Below are positions 38,529 to 46,806 of a DNA stretch of 64,000 bases, one piece after another. The stretch comes from Candidatus Omnitrophota bacterium (GTDB taxonomy: Bacteria > Omnitrophota > Gorgyraeia > Gygaellales > Profunditerraquicolaceae): the NCBI GenBank assembly GCA_041651115.1, contig JBAZJY010000003.1, positions 73,829 through 137,828 of the forward strand. Direction: 5' to 3'. Made by a program: the position numbers and the translations under genes. Each line of letters opens with the position of its first letter. Position 1 is the first letter of the stretch. The notes beneath the pieces were generated by a model. That model saw only the letters and a program-made list of their open reading frames with translations, was not told the DNA's origin and made no database searches.

Positions 38529-39833
38529 TTAAGGAAGGTTTGTGTTTGAATCAAGCGCGGGCAGCCAGTGCAAACTTCGGTTACGCGATAACCATGTCTT
38601 CAATATCGCATGGCCCATAAAACGGAACATCGCGTTACGCAGATGCAGCTTAAATAAGAGCATAAAAGACCAGGAAAGCGAATAGAACTTAAGATAGACC
38701 GCAAGCACGGATAGCTGCAGTTCCTTGGCCCCAAGCAATTTTGGCTGAAAGACAATGTGCTGGCCGTCATAAAGGTCCCAGTCGCGGCTAAAAATACGTT
38801 TCTCGGCTTCCAGGTCAGCGTTAACTTTTGTACCGGGGAATGGCGTAAGGATGGACATCTGAATAGTGTCTATTTTTTGCTTTACGGCAAACCTGAAAGT
38901 GTCCCAGACAGTATTAGTATCGTCGTTATCGCTCCCCAGAACGAACATACCATGCACCTTAATCCGCTTTTCATGAAAAGAATGGATGGCATTGACGATA
39001 TCCCCCACTGACTGCTTCTTTTCGTATGCCTCCAGCGTCTTACTGTTTATGGATTCAAACCCGACACAGACTACCTTGCAGCCTGCATGGGCCATCAGCT
39101 CAAGCATTTCTTTGTTCCTGGTGACATCGCAGCGCACCTGGCAAGCCCATCTGCGGATCTTAAGCTTAAGCATCTGGCTCAATAATGCATGCGCGCGTTT
39201 GGGATACGCGGTAAAATTGTCATCGCAGAAGAAGAATTGCGCCGCTTCCCTTGATCGCAACTCCTCAATAACATTCTCTGCGCTGCGAAAACGGAATTTA
39301 CGGCCGAACATTTTTGTCACCGAGCAAAAACTGCAATCAAACGGGCAGCCGCGCGATGTAGAAATAGGCACAAGCCCGGACGCATTATAGCCCTTTATCA
39401 GGGAAAAATCCGGAATAGGCAGACTGTCTAAGTCCTGGATCGGCTTGGCATGGACGATCGAATCCTTGATAGTGCCTTCCGCGACAGCCGTAATCACTTC
39501 TTCCGCTTCCCCGACCACTATCTGCCGGGCATATTGGCTGGCCTCTTGAGGCATAAGGCTGGCATGCACGCCGCCGATGATCACTTTGTCACGCGGGAAC
39601 TTTTTCGCTATTTCATAGCCGCGCTTGGCAGTAGACGTCAAAATAGAGATCCCGACAAGATCGGCATCTAATTTTGAATAATCCGGAGCGCATATGTCTT
39701 CATGATAAACCCTTACTTCATGCCCGCGGTCCCTAAGTATCGTTGCTAAGTACACCGGGCCTAATAGCGGCATATGCAGCTTGCTATATACGCTTGCTCC
39801 TGAAGAACGCGGCTCAATAAATACTACTTTCAT
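38529..39833 (-). CDS. B12-binding-domain radical SAM enzyme (class B), second copy
   Basis: 434 aa. N-terminal B12-binding region, then a CxxxCxxC motif (GCPFDCSFCS). Confidence 0.8.
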   Translation of the reverse strand: MKVVFIEPRSSGASVYSKLHMPLLGPVYLATILRDRGHEVRVYHEDICAPDYSKLDADLVGISILTSTAKRGYEIAKKFPRDKVIIGGVHASLMPQEASQYARQIVVGEAEEVITAVAEGTIKDSIVHAKPIQDLDSLPIPDFSLIKGYNASGLVPISTSRGCPFDCSFCSVTKMFGRKFRFRSAENVIEELRSREAAQFFFCDDNFTAYPKRAHALLSQMLKLKIRRWACQVRCDVTRNKEMLELMAHAGCKVVCVGFESINSKTLEAYEKKQSVGDIVNAIHSFHEKRIKVHGMFVLGSDNDDTNTVWDTFRFAVKQKIDTIQMSILTPFPGTKVNADLEAEKRIFSRDWDLYDGQHIVFQPKLLGAKELQLSVLAVYLKFYSLSWSFMLLFKLHLRNAMFRFMGHAILKTWLSRNRSLHWLPALDSNTNLP

Positions 39834-39852
39834 TCCTATTTATAGTTTAGCC

Positions 39853-40059
39853 TTATTCAGCGAGTATTTTAACGTTTATCGCGCGCGGCCCTTTATTTGA
39901 AGTCTCAACGTCAAATTCAACCTTTTGCTCTTCGGTCAGGCTGTCGAATTTGGAATCCATCACGCCGGACTGATGAAAAAACACTTCCCTGCCGTCCGTA
40001 TCGCTGATAAACCCGAAGCCTCTGTCGCGGATTATCTTTTTGATCTTACCAGTATGCAT
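39853..40059 (-). CDS. Cold-shock protein (CspA family)
   Basis: 68 aa. RNP1-like GFGFI and a FFH RNP2-like motif. Confidence 0.9.
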   Translation of the reverse strand: MHTGKIKKIIRDRGFGFISDTDGREVFFHQSGVMDSKFDSLTEEQKVEFDVETSNKGPRAINVKILAE

Positions 40060-40087
40060 TTACCCCTCCTGTTTTTCTTAAAAGACA

Positions 40088-40122
40088 GGCCCGGCGGAAA
40101 GCCCGCCGGGCCGCTGTTTTTT
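40088..40122 (-). terminator. Rho-independent terminator after the upstream csp gene (stem symmetric, so possibly bidirectional)
   Basis: ggcccggcgg-aaagc-ccgccgggcc followed by gctgtttttt. The reverse strand has tgtctttt after the stem. Confidence 0.6.
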
Positions 40123-40126
40123 AAGG

Positions 40127-40327
40127 TTATAACCTGACTACTTTCGTAGCCTGTTCTCCCTTGGGGCCTTTTTCGATGTCGAATTCGACCTCTTCGCCTT
40201 CTGCTAAAGTCTTGTAACCATCGCCTTGTATCGCGGTATGGTGCACAAAGACATCGCTTCCGGACTCAGGAGTGATAAAACCATAACCCTTCTGGTTATT
40301 GAACCACTTCACTTTACCTCTTGCCAT
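40127..40327 (-). CDS. Cold-shock protein (CspA family)
   Basis: 66 aa. [20 protein letters not shown] ... VFVHH is the canonical cold-shock-domain sequence. It is preceded by a 160-nt 5' leader. Confidence 0.95.
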   Translation of the reverse strand: MARGKVKWFNNQKGYGFITPESGSDVFVHHTAIQGDGYKTLAEGEEVEFDIEKGPKGEQATKVVRL

Positions 40328-40487
40328 TACTTACTACCTCCTTTCTACGATATTCTGTATAGTAAATAATGGCAGAAACTAAAAAACCGCAAAGGCTAGT
40401 TATCCCCTGCGGCACAAGATTTCTAATCCTTTATTTACTACTACTACAAGCGTAAGTATACCACATTTATGCCCTTTGTCAAAGGAT

Positions 40488-40769
40488 TTAATAGCCGCCT
40501 TCGATCATTATCTCATACCTGTCTATCGCCGTAATTTTAACGGCAGTATCCATGGCAACATAAGCGCGGAAGGGCTTGGTCATGTCTCTTTTAAAATCAT
40601 ATACCTTTATTACCCCTGAGCCGACAAGCTTATGCCTGCTGTATAAAACGATCTTAAACATCGCCATATTATAGTCCCGGCTGGAGTCGTTCTTGATGTC
40701 TCCGGTTACGACCACGGATTCATCAAAACCGCTCTTCTCAAATTGGACTTCATAAGTCGGAAAGATCAT
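40488..40769 (-). CDS. Hypothetical protein
   Basis: 93-aa ORF with no recognisable motif. It occupies the gap between the helicase and the csp genes. Confidence 0.3.
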   Translation of the reverse strand: MIFPTYEVQFEKSGFDESVVVTGDIKNDSSRDYNMAMFKIVLYSRHKLVGSGVIKVYDFKRDMTKPFRAYVAMDTAVKITAIDRYEIMIEGGY

Positions 40770-40780
40770 ACTTATCCTTC

Positions 40781-42805
40781 CTAAAAGTAACCGGAGGCGC
40801 GCTCAAGCAGGGACTTCTTGCTATATAATGACCGGCCCGCGCCTGCCCATTCCTCTATTTCATCGTCGTCAATATCCGGCTCGAATATTGCCTGATTATT
40901 CAGCCGCGCCATGATGTTCGGCGAGTCGATAAAACGGCATATCCGGTTAAACTGCGAGATGCCCGGCCTGCTTGCTTCATGGTGCAGCGATAAGAACAGA
41001 TTATTGCGCGGCCGGGTCACGGCAACGTAAAATAACCTGTGCTCTTCTTCAATTTCTGATTCATCATCCAGCGCAAAACTTACCGGCAAAACGCCTTCCG
41101 CCAGCCCCAGGACAAACACGCAATCCCATTCCAGGCCCTTGGCAGAATGTATGGTAGAAAGTGTCAGCGGCCTCTCGTCTTCCGGAACACCGGGGTCTAC
41201 CCGGCTCACTCCTGCTTCCGGAGATTCAATGGTAAAATCCGCCAGCAACTGCTCCAATGAATCATACCTGCAGGCGATCTGCCTTAAAGTTTCCAGGTCG
41301 TTCAACCGCAGGCTCCAATCATCAAATTTTTCTTTTAACAATGGTATGTAGTAATCAAGCGCGGCTCCGAACCTCTCACCCACGCCGATATCTTTGGCAG
41401 AAGCGCTCTTTAAGGCTGACTCCAGCTTACCTAAACCCGCGCCGAATTTATTCTTGTCATAAGCGGAAAACGACTTGTCAAGGATATCTCCGAGCCTCGC
41501 ATTGATAGAAATACCCCCCATTACCTTATCTGCGGTTTTCGGTCCGATGCCGGGGATCAGCATTAAAATGCGCAGCCAGCTTAATTCGTCTTTCGGATTG
41601 GAAATTACGCGCAGGTGCGCTAACAAGTCTTTTACATGCGCGGTTTCATAGAATTTCAGGCCGCCAAATACCCGATAGGGGATATTTCTTTTGCTCAATT
41701 CTGCCTGAAGCGGAATAGAAATATATGCGGAGCGAAAAAGCACTGCCTGCTCGCAGAGATGCACGCCTTCATCCCTCAGCTCTTTGATCTTAGAGGCAAT
41801 CCACTCTGCCTCGTTATAGGCATTATTAAAAAAAAGCATTTCCGGTTTATCGCCGGATGATTTCCTCGCCGAAACAAGGCACTTAGAGTATTTATTGCGC
41901 ATATTTTCCAGCACGGAATTCGCTAAATCAAGTATTGACTGGCTGCTGCGGTAATTTTCTTCAAGCTTGATGATCTTGCATTCCTTGAACCGGGTGGGAA
42001 ATCCCATAATGTTCTCATGGGAAGCGCCGCGGAAGCCGTAAATACTCTGGGCATCATCTCCGACTACCATAATGTTATTATGCCCATGGGCAAGCAGACA
42101 GGCAATATCCGCCTGCAATTTATTCGTATCCTGATATTCATCCACCATAACATAGCGGTAGCGCGCGGATATCCGCTGCCTGATCCGGGGATTCTCCAAA
42201 AGCAGCTTCAGGTAAATCAGAAGATCGTCGTAATCAAAAAGGTTTCTCTCAAGTTTATATGCCGCGTATTTTTTACCAAGCTGCTCGATCTCCGGGGCAT
42301 AAACGATAAAATCCGGGTATTCTTTTTCCAGTATCGCCGCCACCTGCAGGTTGCGGTTTATGCAGCCGCTTAAGATCGCGCGCAGCGTATCTTTTTTGGG
42401 AAAGCGTTTTTCCTTATCAAACAGGCCCATGCTCGCGGCACAGCGCTGGATCGCTTCGCCGGCGTCATTCTCATCGATCACGGAAAACGATTCTGCCATT
42501 CCCATTGCCCGGCTGTATTTTTTCAGGGTTTTGTAGGCAAACGAATGGAACGTGCCGCCGTCAACCAATTCGCAGCGGCTGTCATGCTGCGTGGCGCGGC
42601 TAAGCATGCGACGGGAGGCTTCCCGGGTAAAGGTCAGCAGAAGTATGGACGACGGCGCGATATTATGCCTAATGAGGTTTAAGACACGGTATTCAATGAC
42701 CCGGGTCTTGCCTGAGCCTGCGCCGGCAATCACCAGCACCGGGCCGTCAATCACGCTTACCGCTTCCAACTGCGCGGGATTAAGCTTATCTTTCAGTTCA
42801 ATCAT
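40781..42805 (-). CDS. ATP-dependent DNA helicase, UvrD/PcrA/Rep family
   Basis: 674 aa. Walker A (AGAGSGKT), motifs II (VMVDEYQDTN), III (VGDDAQSIYGFRGA) and VI (VAVTRPRN). Confidence 0.85.
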   Translation of the reverse strand: MIELKDKLNPAQLEAVSVIDGPVLVIAGAGSGKTRVIEYRVLNLIRHNIAPSSILLLTFTREASRRMLSRATQHDSRCELVDGGTFHSFAYKTLKKYSRAMGMAESFSVIDENDAGEAIQRCAASMGLFDKEKRFPKKDTLRAILSGCINRNLQVAAILEKEYPDFIVYAPEIEQLGKKYAAYKLERNLFDYDDLLIYLKLLLENPRIRQRISARYRYVMVDEYQDTNKLQADIACLLAHGHNNIMVVGDDAQSIYGFRGASHENIMGFPTRFKECKIIKLEENYRSSQSILDLANSVLENMRNKYSKCLVSARKSSGDKPEMLFFNNAYNEAEWIASKIKELRDEGVHLCEQAVLFRSAYISIPLQAELSKRNIPYRVFGGLKFYETAHVKDLLAHLRVISNPKDELSWLRILMLIPGIGPKTADKVMGGISINARLGDILDKSFSAYDKNKFGAGLGKLESALKSASAKDIGVGERFGAALDYYIPLLKEKFDDWSLRLNDLETLRQIACRYDSLEQLLADFTIESPEAGVSRVDPGVPEDERPLTLSTIHSAKGLEWDCVFVLGLAEGVLPVSFALDDESEIEEEHRLFYVAVTRPRNNLFLSLHHEASRPGISQFNRICRFIDSPNIMARLNNQAIFEPDIDDDEIEEWAGAGRSLYSKKSLLERASGYF

Positions 42806-43193
42806 AATTTAATAGATTTTGCGTCTACCTTGTCTTGCTTCTCGCAGCAACGCTCGTCCCGCCCCTGCGAGGCGGGACTTCGCTCGGAAGTCGGCTTTCG
42901 CTCTGCCCACGGAAAATAAAGGCATCCATGCCCGCTCAAGCCTCCTACGTGCTGCTCAAAGCAAGCCAAGTCAGCCGTAAAATCAGTAGCGCTAGAGCGT
43001 ATTGATAAATTTACGCTTTTTTGTTCGCAGGCGCATTTGCAAACTTCTGCCAACTCGTTTTTAGGGTTCGGTCGGCAAGGCTTTACGGCGAGCGGAAGCT
43101 CTAATGTTACGAAAGTATGCCTGAGAGCGAGCTGTAAACCGTAGCCGACGGCAGAATGTTTGCAGCGCCGAGAACAAAAAGGCGGAAATTAGA
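42806..43193. other. 388-nt non-coding, structure-rich region between pgi and the helicase gene; candidate ncRNA
   Basis: There is no credible ORF here; track ORFs either overlap pgi or are short. Several stems are visible (gtcccgcc-cctgcga-ggcgggac at 42856-42878; a long-range inverted repeat gcgcatttgcaaacttctgcc at 43031-43051 pairing with ggcagaatgtttgcagcgc at 43150-43168). GC content is higher than in the surrounding sequence. Confidence 0.3.
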
Positions 43194-44690
43194 TCAAATA
43201 ATATACCGCGAATGCTTAACCAGCGGATTGTTTTTGATCTCTTCGGTGATTGCCGGGGCAATGCCGGGTTTGCGCAGTTTATAGTACATATAATTCTTAT
43301 AGCCTTCCACTCCCGGCTGATCAAAGGCATTGACGTCAAGTAGCTCGCCCTCATAGGCAGTTGCCATCTCAAAAAAGAACAGCAGACCTCCCCAGTAAAA
43401 CGGATTGATCTCCGGCATGATCACCGTGCAATTGGGCCGCTCTTGCCTTACCAGCGCCCATTCGGTTGCTTCCTGCGCCAGGTTAAGCAATTCGGAAAAT
43501 TTCTTTCCGGCGAGAAGATCGCCTTTTTTAGCGCTAACTTTAATATCGCTGCTAAATTTCCCCACGCGAATAAAAGTAATAACCTTGTCATTCTCCCCTT
43601 CGATATTATTCTGCTGGATGGAATGCAGGTCGTTTGTTCCGCGGCTGGATACCGGGGTGCGGCCGACATTAACAATGCGATTCAAATCCTTGAGCCATTC
43701 TTCCGTGCCGTCCGGCTTAATCCGTATCCTGCGGCCGTATTTTTTCCCCAGGCTTTCCGCCAAGAGCTGGCAATACCAATCGGCGGTAGATTTAAGGGTT
43801 TCGGAAAACGGCATCATGATCGCGATCGGCTTGGCTTTGTTCTTATAAAGAATGGTGTGCAGCGTAGCATACATCAATGCCGGATTCTTAGATAATTCCG
43901 CTGTTGCGCATTTTTTTGCCATTGCTGCTGCCCCATCCAAGACTGCCTGCAGGTTAACGCCTGCAACTGCCAGATGCAACAGCCCCATATTTAATTCGGA
44001 AAACCTGCCACCTACCCCTTTTAATAAAGGCAGGCTGCGGAAACTCCGCTTGTCTTTTACCTGCGCTGCGTTGACTTTTTTGCGTAAAGACCCGGAAGCC
44101 GGATCAGTGATCGCGATTATTTGCCGGCCATAGTTCTTGCCTGCTCCCTTTTTCAACCAACCTTCAACGATCTCAAATGCCGCCTTGGTTTCCGTGGTTT
44201 CTCCGGATTTTGAGATCACCACCACAAATGTCTTTTTGGCTTTAAGATTTTTCAACAGCGCGCTTAAAGTATCAGGATCAAGGTTATTGCCTTCAAAATA
44301 TATCTTTGGGGTGCCTTTCCTTAATGTAGAAAATTCATTGTGATACGGCTTAAGCAAGGCGTCCTGCGCTGCCTTAAGGCCGAGATATGAGCCGCCAATA
44401 CCCAAGAATACGGCATTTTCATATTTCCTGATCTCTCTTGCCAATGAATTGATCCGGCTTAAAACCTGCTTGCTTTGAAAAGGAAGCTGTGTCCATTCAA
44501 GGGAGAGATCAACCCGGTTGCGGTTGTCTTTAAGTAAACCGCTGAAGTGCCGATGCGCCTTTTTTGCGGCTACTGCCATTGCCGAAAGGTCTTCTGCGCT
44601 GACCCCGTGGCTTGAGCCTATGCTTTCGCTGAACATATTATTAAAGTCAAACTTGATATCCTTCATTACCATATCCTTTCTTCTATCCAA
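43194..44690 (-). CDS. pgi: Glucose-6-phosphate isomerase
   Basis: 498 aa. SIS-domain motifs (FLGIGGSYLG, VISKSGETTET) characteristic of PGI. The true start may be an internal Met (MVMKDIKFDF). Confidence 0.85.
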   Translation of the reverse strand: MDRRKDMVMKDIKFDFNNMFSESIGSSHGVSAEDLSAMAVAAKKAHRHFSGLLKDNRNRVDLSLEWTQLPFQSKQVLSRINSLAREIRKYENAVFLGIGGSYLGLKAAQDALLKPYHNEFSTLRKGTPKIYFEGNNLDPDTLSALLKNLKAKKTFVVVISKSGETTETKAAFEIVEGWLKKGAGKNYGRQIIAITDPASGSLRKKVNAAQVKDKRSFRSLPLLKGVGGRFSELNMGLLHLAVAGVNLQAVLDGAAAMAKKCATAELSKNPALMYATLHTILYKNKAKPIAIMMPFSETLKSTADWYCQLLAESLGKKYGRRIRIKPDGTEEWLKDLNRIVNVGRTPVSSRGTNDLHSIQQNNIEGENDKVITFIRVGKFSSDIKVSAKKGDLLAGKKFSELLNLAQEATEWALVRQERPNCTVIMPEINPFYWGGLLFFFEMATAYEGELLDVNAFDQPGVEGYKNYMYYKLRKPGIAPAITEEIKNNPLVKHSRYII

Positions 44691-44728
44691 GCTGATCCTT
44701 AAACACTAATTTTAACACAAGTCAACGG

Positions 44729-45763
44729 CTAAGCAAGCAAAAAGGGGAAATTGCCCTTTTTTATACCAACTATCCTTCGGGCAACTGCGGTGATGACGCC
44801 GAATGCGGAAATCAAATGCTCAATATAGGTAAATAGGAAAGATAATATCTTAAAAACCGGTTTTTGGCCTTTCCATTGGAAGCGCCAAAAATCAAAATTG
44901 GAGATCGCTGTAATGGCTGCAAGGACCACCCCTATCGCAACAAACCCGACCGAAGGAAAAAACGGCAATAAACAAAGATCAATAAATAACAGGAACGTTG
45001 CTACTGTCGCAAACATCTGGCTGCGGCTGATAGACAAAATCCCTTTTTCACCGGGATGCCGGCGGATCGCACCGCGGCGGTTTAAAAAAAGATGCGCCAT
45101 GTTTACCGCTTTTATGAAATCGTCGCTGATCAGGCCGGGCAATGAAAAATAACGGCTGTGCACCACTTCAAGGCCTTTATCGTTATAGATATTAAATCCG
45201 GCCGCGGCAAAGCGCTGACTGAATTCAAAATCCTCGCAGGTAAGCATATCCGGGTTAAACCCGCCGGTTTTCTCAAAACTTACCTTCCTTACTGCCAGCA
45301 AAGCAGTATTTGCAGTGCAGGTAAACTCCGCTGCATTGGCAAATTTATACCTTAAATAAAGGTTTTTATAACGGCTGGAAAAATTTGTATACGCCGGCTG
45401 AACGGAATATAGCCCGGTTATCGCGTCCGCGCCGTTACTTGCGCCCAGGAAATCCGCAACGCGCTGCATGGTATCCGGCGCAATAAAGATATCCGCATCA
45501 ATGAATAATAATATTTCACCGCGGGCATTTTGGCTGGCAATATTACGCGCTGCTGCCGGCCCCTGCCTCTGCCCAAGCCTGATTATAAAAAAAGGGACGT
45601 CTCTATAAAAACGCCCCTTGTCCGCGATTTGGCTTGAAGCATCGGAAGAACAATCATCCACTATGATGATCTCATAGTCTTTATACGTTGAAATAAAGAT
45701 ATGCTTCAGGCAATCTTCCAGGTGCTTTTGACCATTATAGACAGGAATAACGATCGAGATCAT
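44729..45763 (-). CDS. Family 2 glycosyltransferase
   Basis: N-terminal ISIVIPVYNG ... IIIVDDCSSD and a later DAD motif form the GT-A fold. C-terminal TM helices are present. Confidence 0.8.
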   Translation of the reverse strand: MISIVIPVYNGQKHLEDCLKHIFISTYKDYEIIIVDDCSSDASSQIADKGRFYRDVPFFIIRLGQRQGPAAARNIASQNARGEILLFIDADIFIAPDTMQRVADFLGASNGADAITGLYSVQPAYTNFSSRYKNLYLRYKFANAAEFTCTANTALLAVRKVSFEKTGGFNPDMLTCEDFEFSQRFAAAGFNIYNDKGLEVVHSRYFSLPGLISDDFIKAVNMAHLFLNRRGAIRRHPGEKGILSISRSQMFATVATFLLFIDLCLLPFFPSVGFVAIGVVLAAITAISNFDFWRFQWKGQKPVFKILSFLFTYIEHLISAFGVITAVARRIVGIKKGNFPFLLA

Positions 45764-45770
45764 TTTAATG

Positions 45771-45847
45771 TAGGGACGGTTCTCAACTCAAAGCTAAAGT
45801 GTCCCCTTTATGGGGACACTTTAAGATTGGCTTGAGAACCGTCCCTA
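45771..45847. mobile_element. MITE/REP-like palindromic element, family A copy 2
   Basis: 77 nt. Termini are identical to copy 1 (tagggacggttctcaa ... ttgagaaccgtcccta) and the inner gtgtcccc/ggggacac stem is the same. The internal loop sequence differs. It is intergenic and TA-flanked. Confidence 0.7.
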
Positions 45848-45850
45848 AAA

Positions 45851-46792
45851 CTAAATGGTTATGTCGACACGGAATTCCGAATACATGCCGCTGTCCACGC
45901 TCACTTTGCCTAAACTGTCGCGATACTGCATCCTGCGGCCGAATACCCCGCCTACGGAAACAGAACTCTCAATATGCTTATTAAATTTATAGTTAATCCC
46001 TGCGCCTCCGCGGTAGGATTTATACTCTAAAACGACATTTTTTCTGCCGTCCTTATCCACTTCAAATTCGTCGCAGAGCATGCCGCCTTCGGCAAATAAA
46101 GTGATCTTGTCATTAAGCATATAGTTTATACTCGGGTTATCCGGGATGATATTGAATAATAATTTATCATTTGGCTTATAAATAAACCCCAGTATCGGGC
46201 AGACCTTATTGCGGTAATCCGGAAAAGTTGCCACCCCGGCGACAAACGTCCATTTCTTATCCGGCTGGTAGATCATAAAAGTATGTATCGGCATACGGAA
46301 AGCCGATGACCGGGCATTCCAATTCTCCGAGCGAAAAGAAGGATATAGGCTTAAGCGGAAATATGTTTTATCAATGCCGAAAAACGGAAGCGTTGTTTGA
46401 ATACCGGCGATCAAGCTGGTCAGATGCGACGGAAGCTTAACTTCAGCGGAATTATTGATACTGATATAGCCGGTTTCAAAAGAAAGTTCCATCGGCAGTT
46501 TACCGAAAGCCTTTAGATTATAGCTGCATTCATTGCCCGACTCGATGATTCCGACCTTGCCTGCCATGGCATCTACGCGGCGCTGCGGCATGTACCTTAC
46601 AAAGGTATCTGCCTCAAAAGGCATTTCTTTCTCTTCTTCCGGCTCTTCGCTGATCAATGATTCCAGGCGCTGGCGATATTCCTTCTGAGCGCCGCTATCA
46701 GATTCTTCAGCGGCAATAAGCGCGCATGGACAAATAAAAACGGAAATAATAATAGCGCACGCCAACCCTACCCATTTCTTATTTTGTAACAT
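45851..46792 (-). CDS. Secreted hypothetical protein, possibly an outer-membrane beta-barrel
   Basis: 313 aa. Signal peptide (VGLACAIIISVFICPCALIAAEE), alternating hydrophobic beta-strand-like segments and a C-terminal aromatic residue context (EFRVDITI). Confidence 0.4.
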   Translation of the reverse strand: MLQNKKWVGLACAIIISVFICPCALIAAEESDSGAQKEYRQRLESLISEEPEEEKEMPFEADTFVRYMPQRRVDAMAGKVGIIESGNECSYNLKAFGKLPMELSFETGYISINNSAEVKLPSHLTSLIAGIQTTLPFFGIDKTYFRLSLYPSFRSENWNARSSAFRMPIHTFMIYQPDKKWTFVAGVATFPDYRNKVCPILGFIYKPNDKLLFNIIPDNPSINYMLNDKITLFAEGGMLCDEFEVDKDGRKNVVLEYKSYRGGAGINYKFNKHIESSVSVGGVFGRRMQYRDSLGKVSVDSGMYSEFRVDITI

Positions 46793-46806
46793 AACCCCCT
46801 CCAGCG

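Noticed and set aside
42806-43193. Possibility that the pgi-helicase gap encodes RNase P RNA, tmRNA or SRP RNA
   Set aside because: I searched both strands by eye. The universally conserved P4 sequences (AGGAAAGUCCGG / ACAGAA), the tmRNA tag reading frame with a tRNA-like 3' end, and the SRP domain IV motif are all absent. The region is kept only as an unclassified ncRNA candidate.
43061-43372. 103-aa minus-strand ORF
   Set aside because: It overlaps the 3' end of pgi in another frame. The remainder falls in the structured non-coding region.
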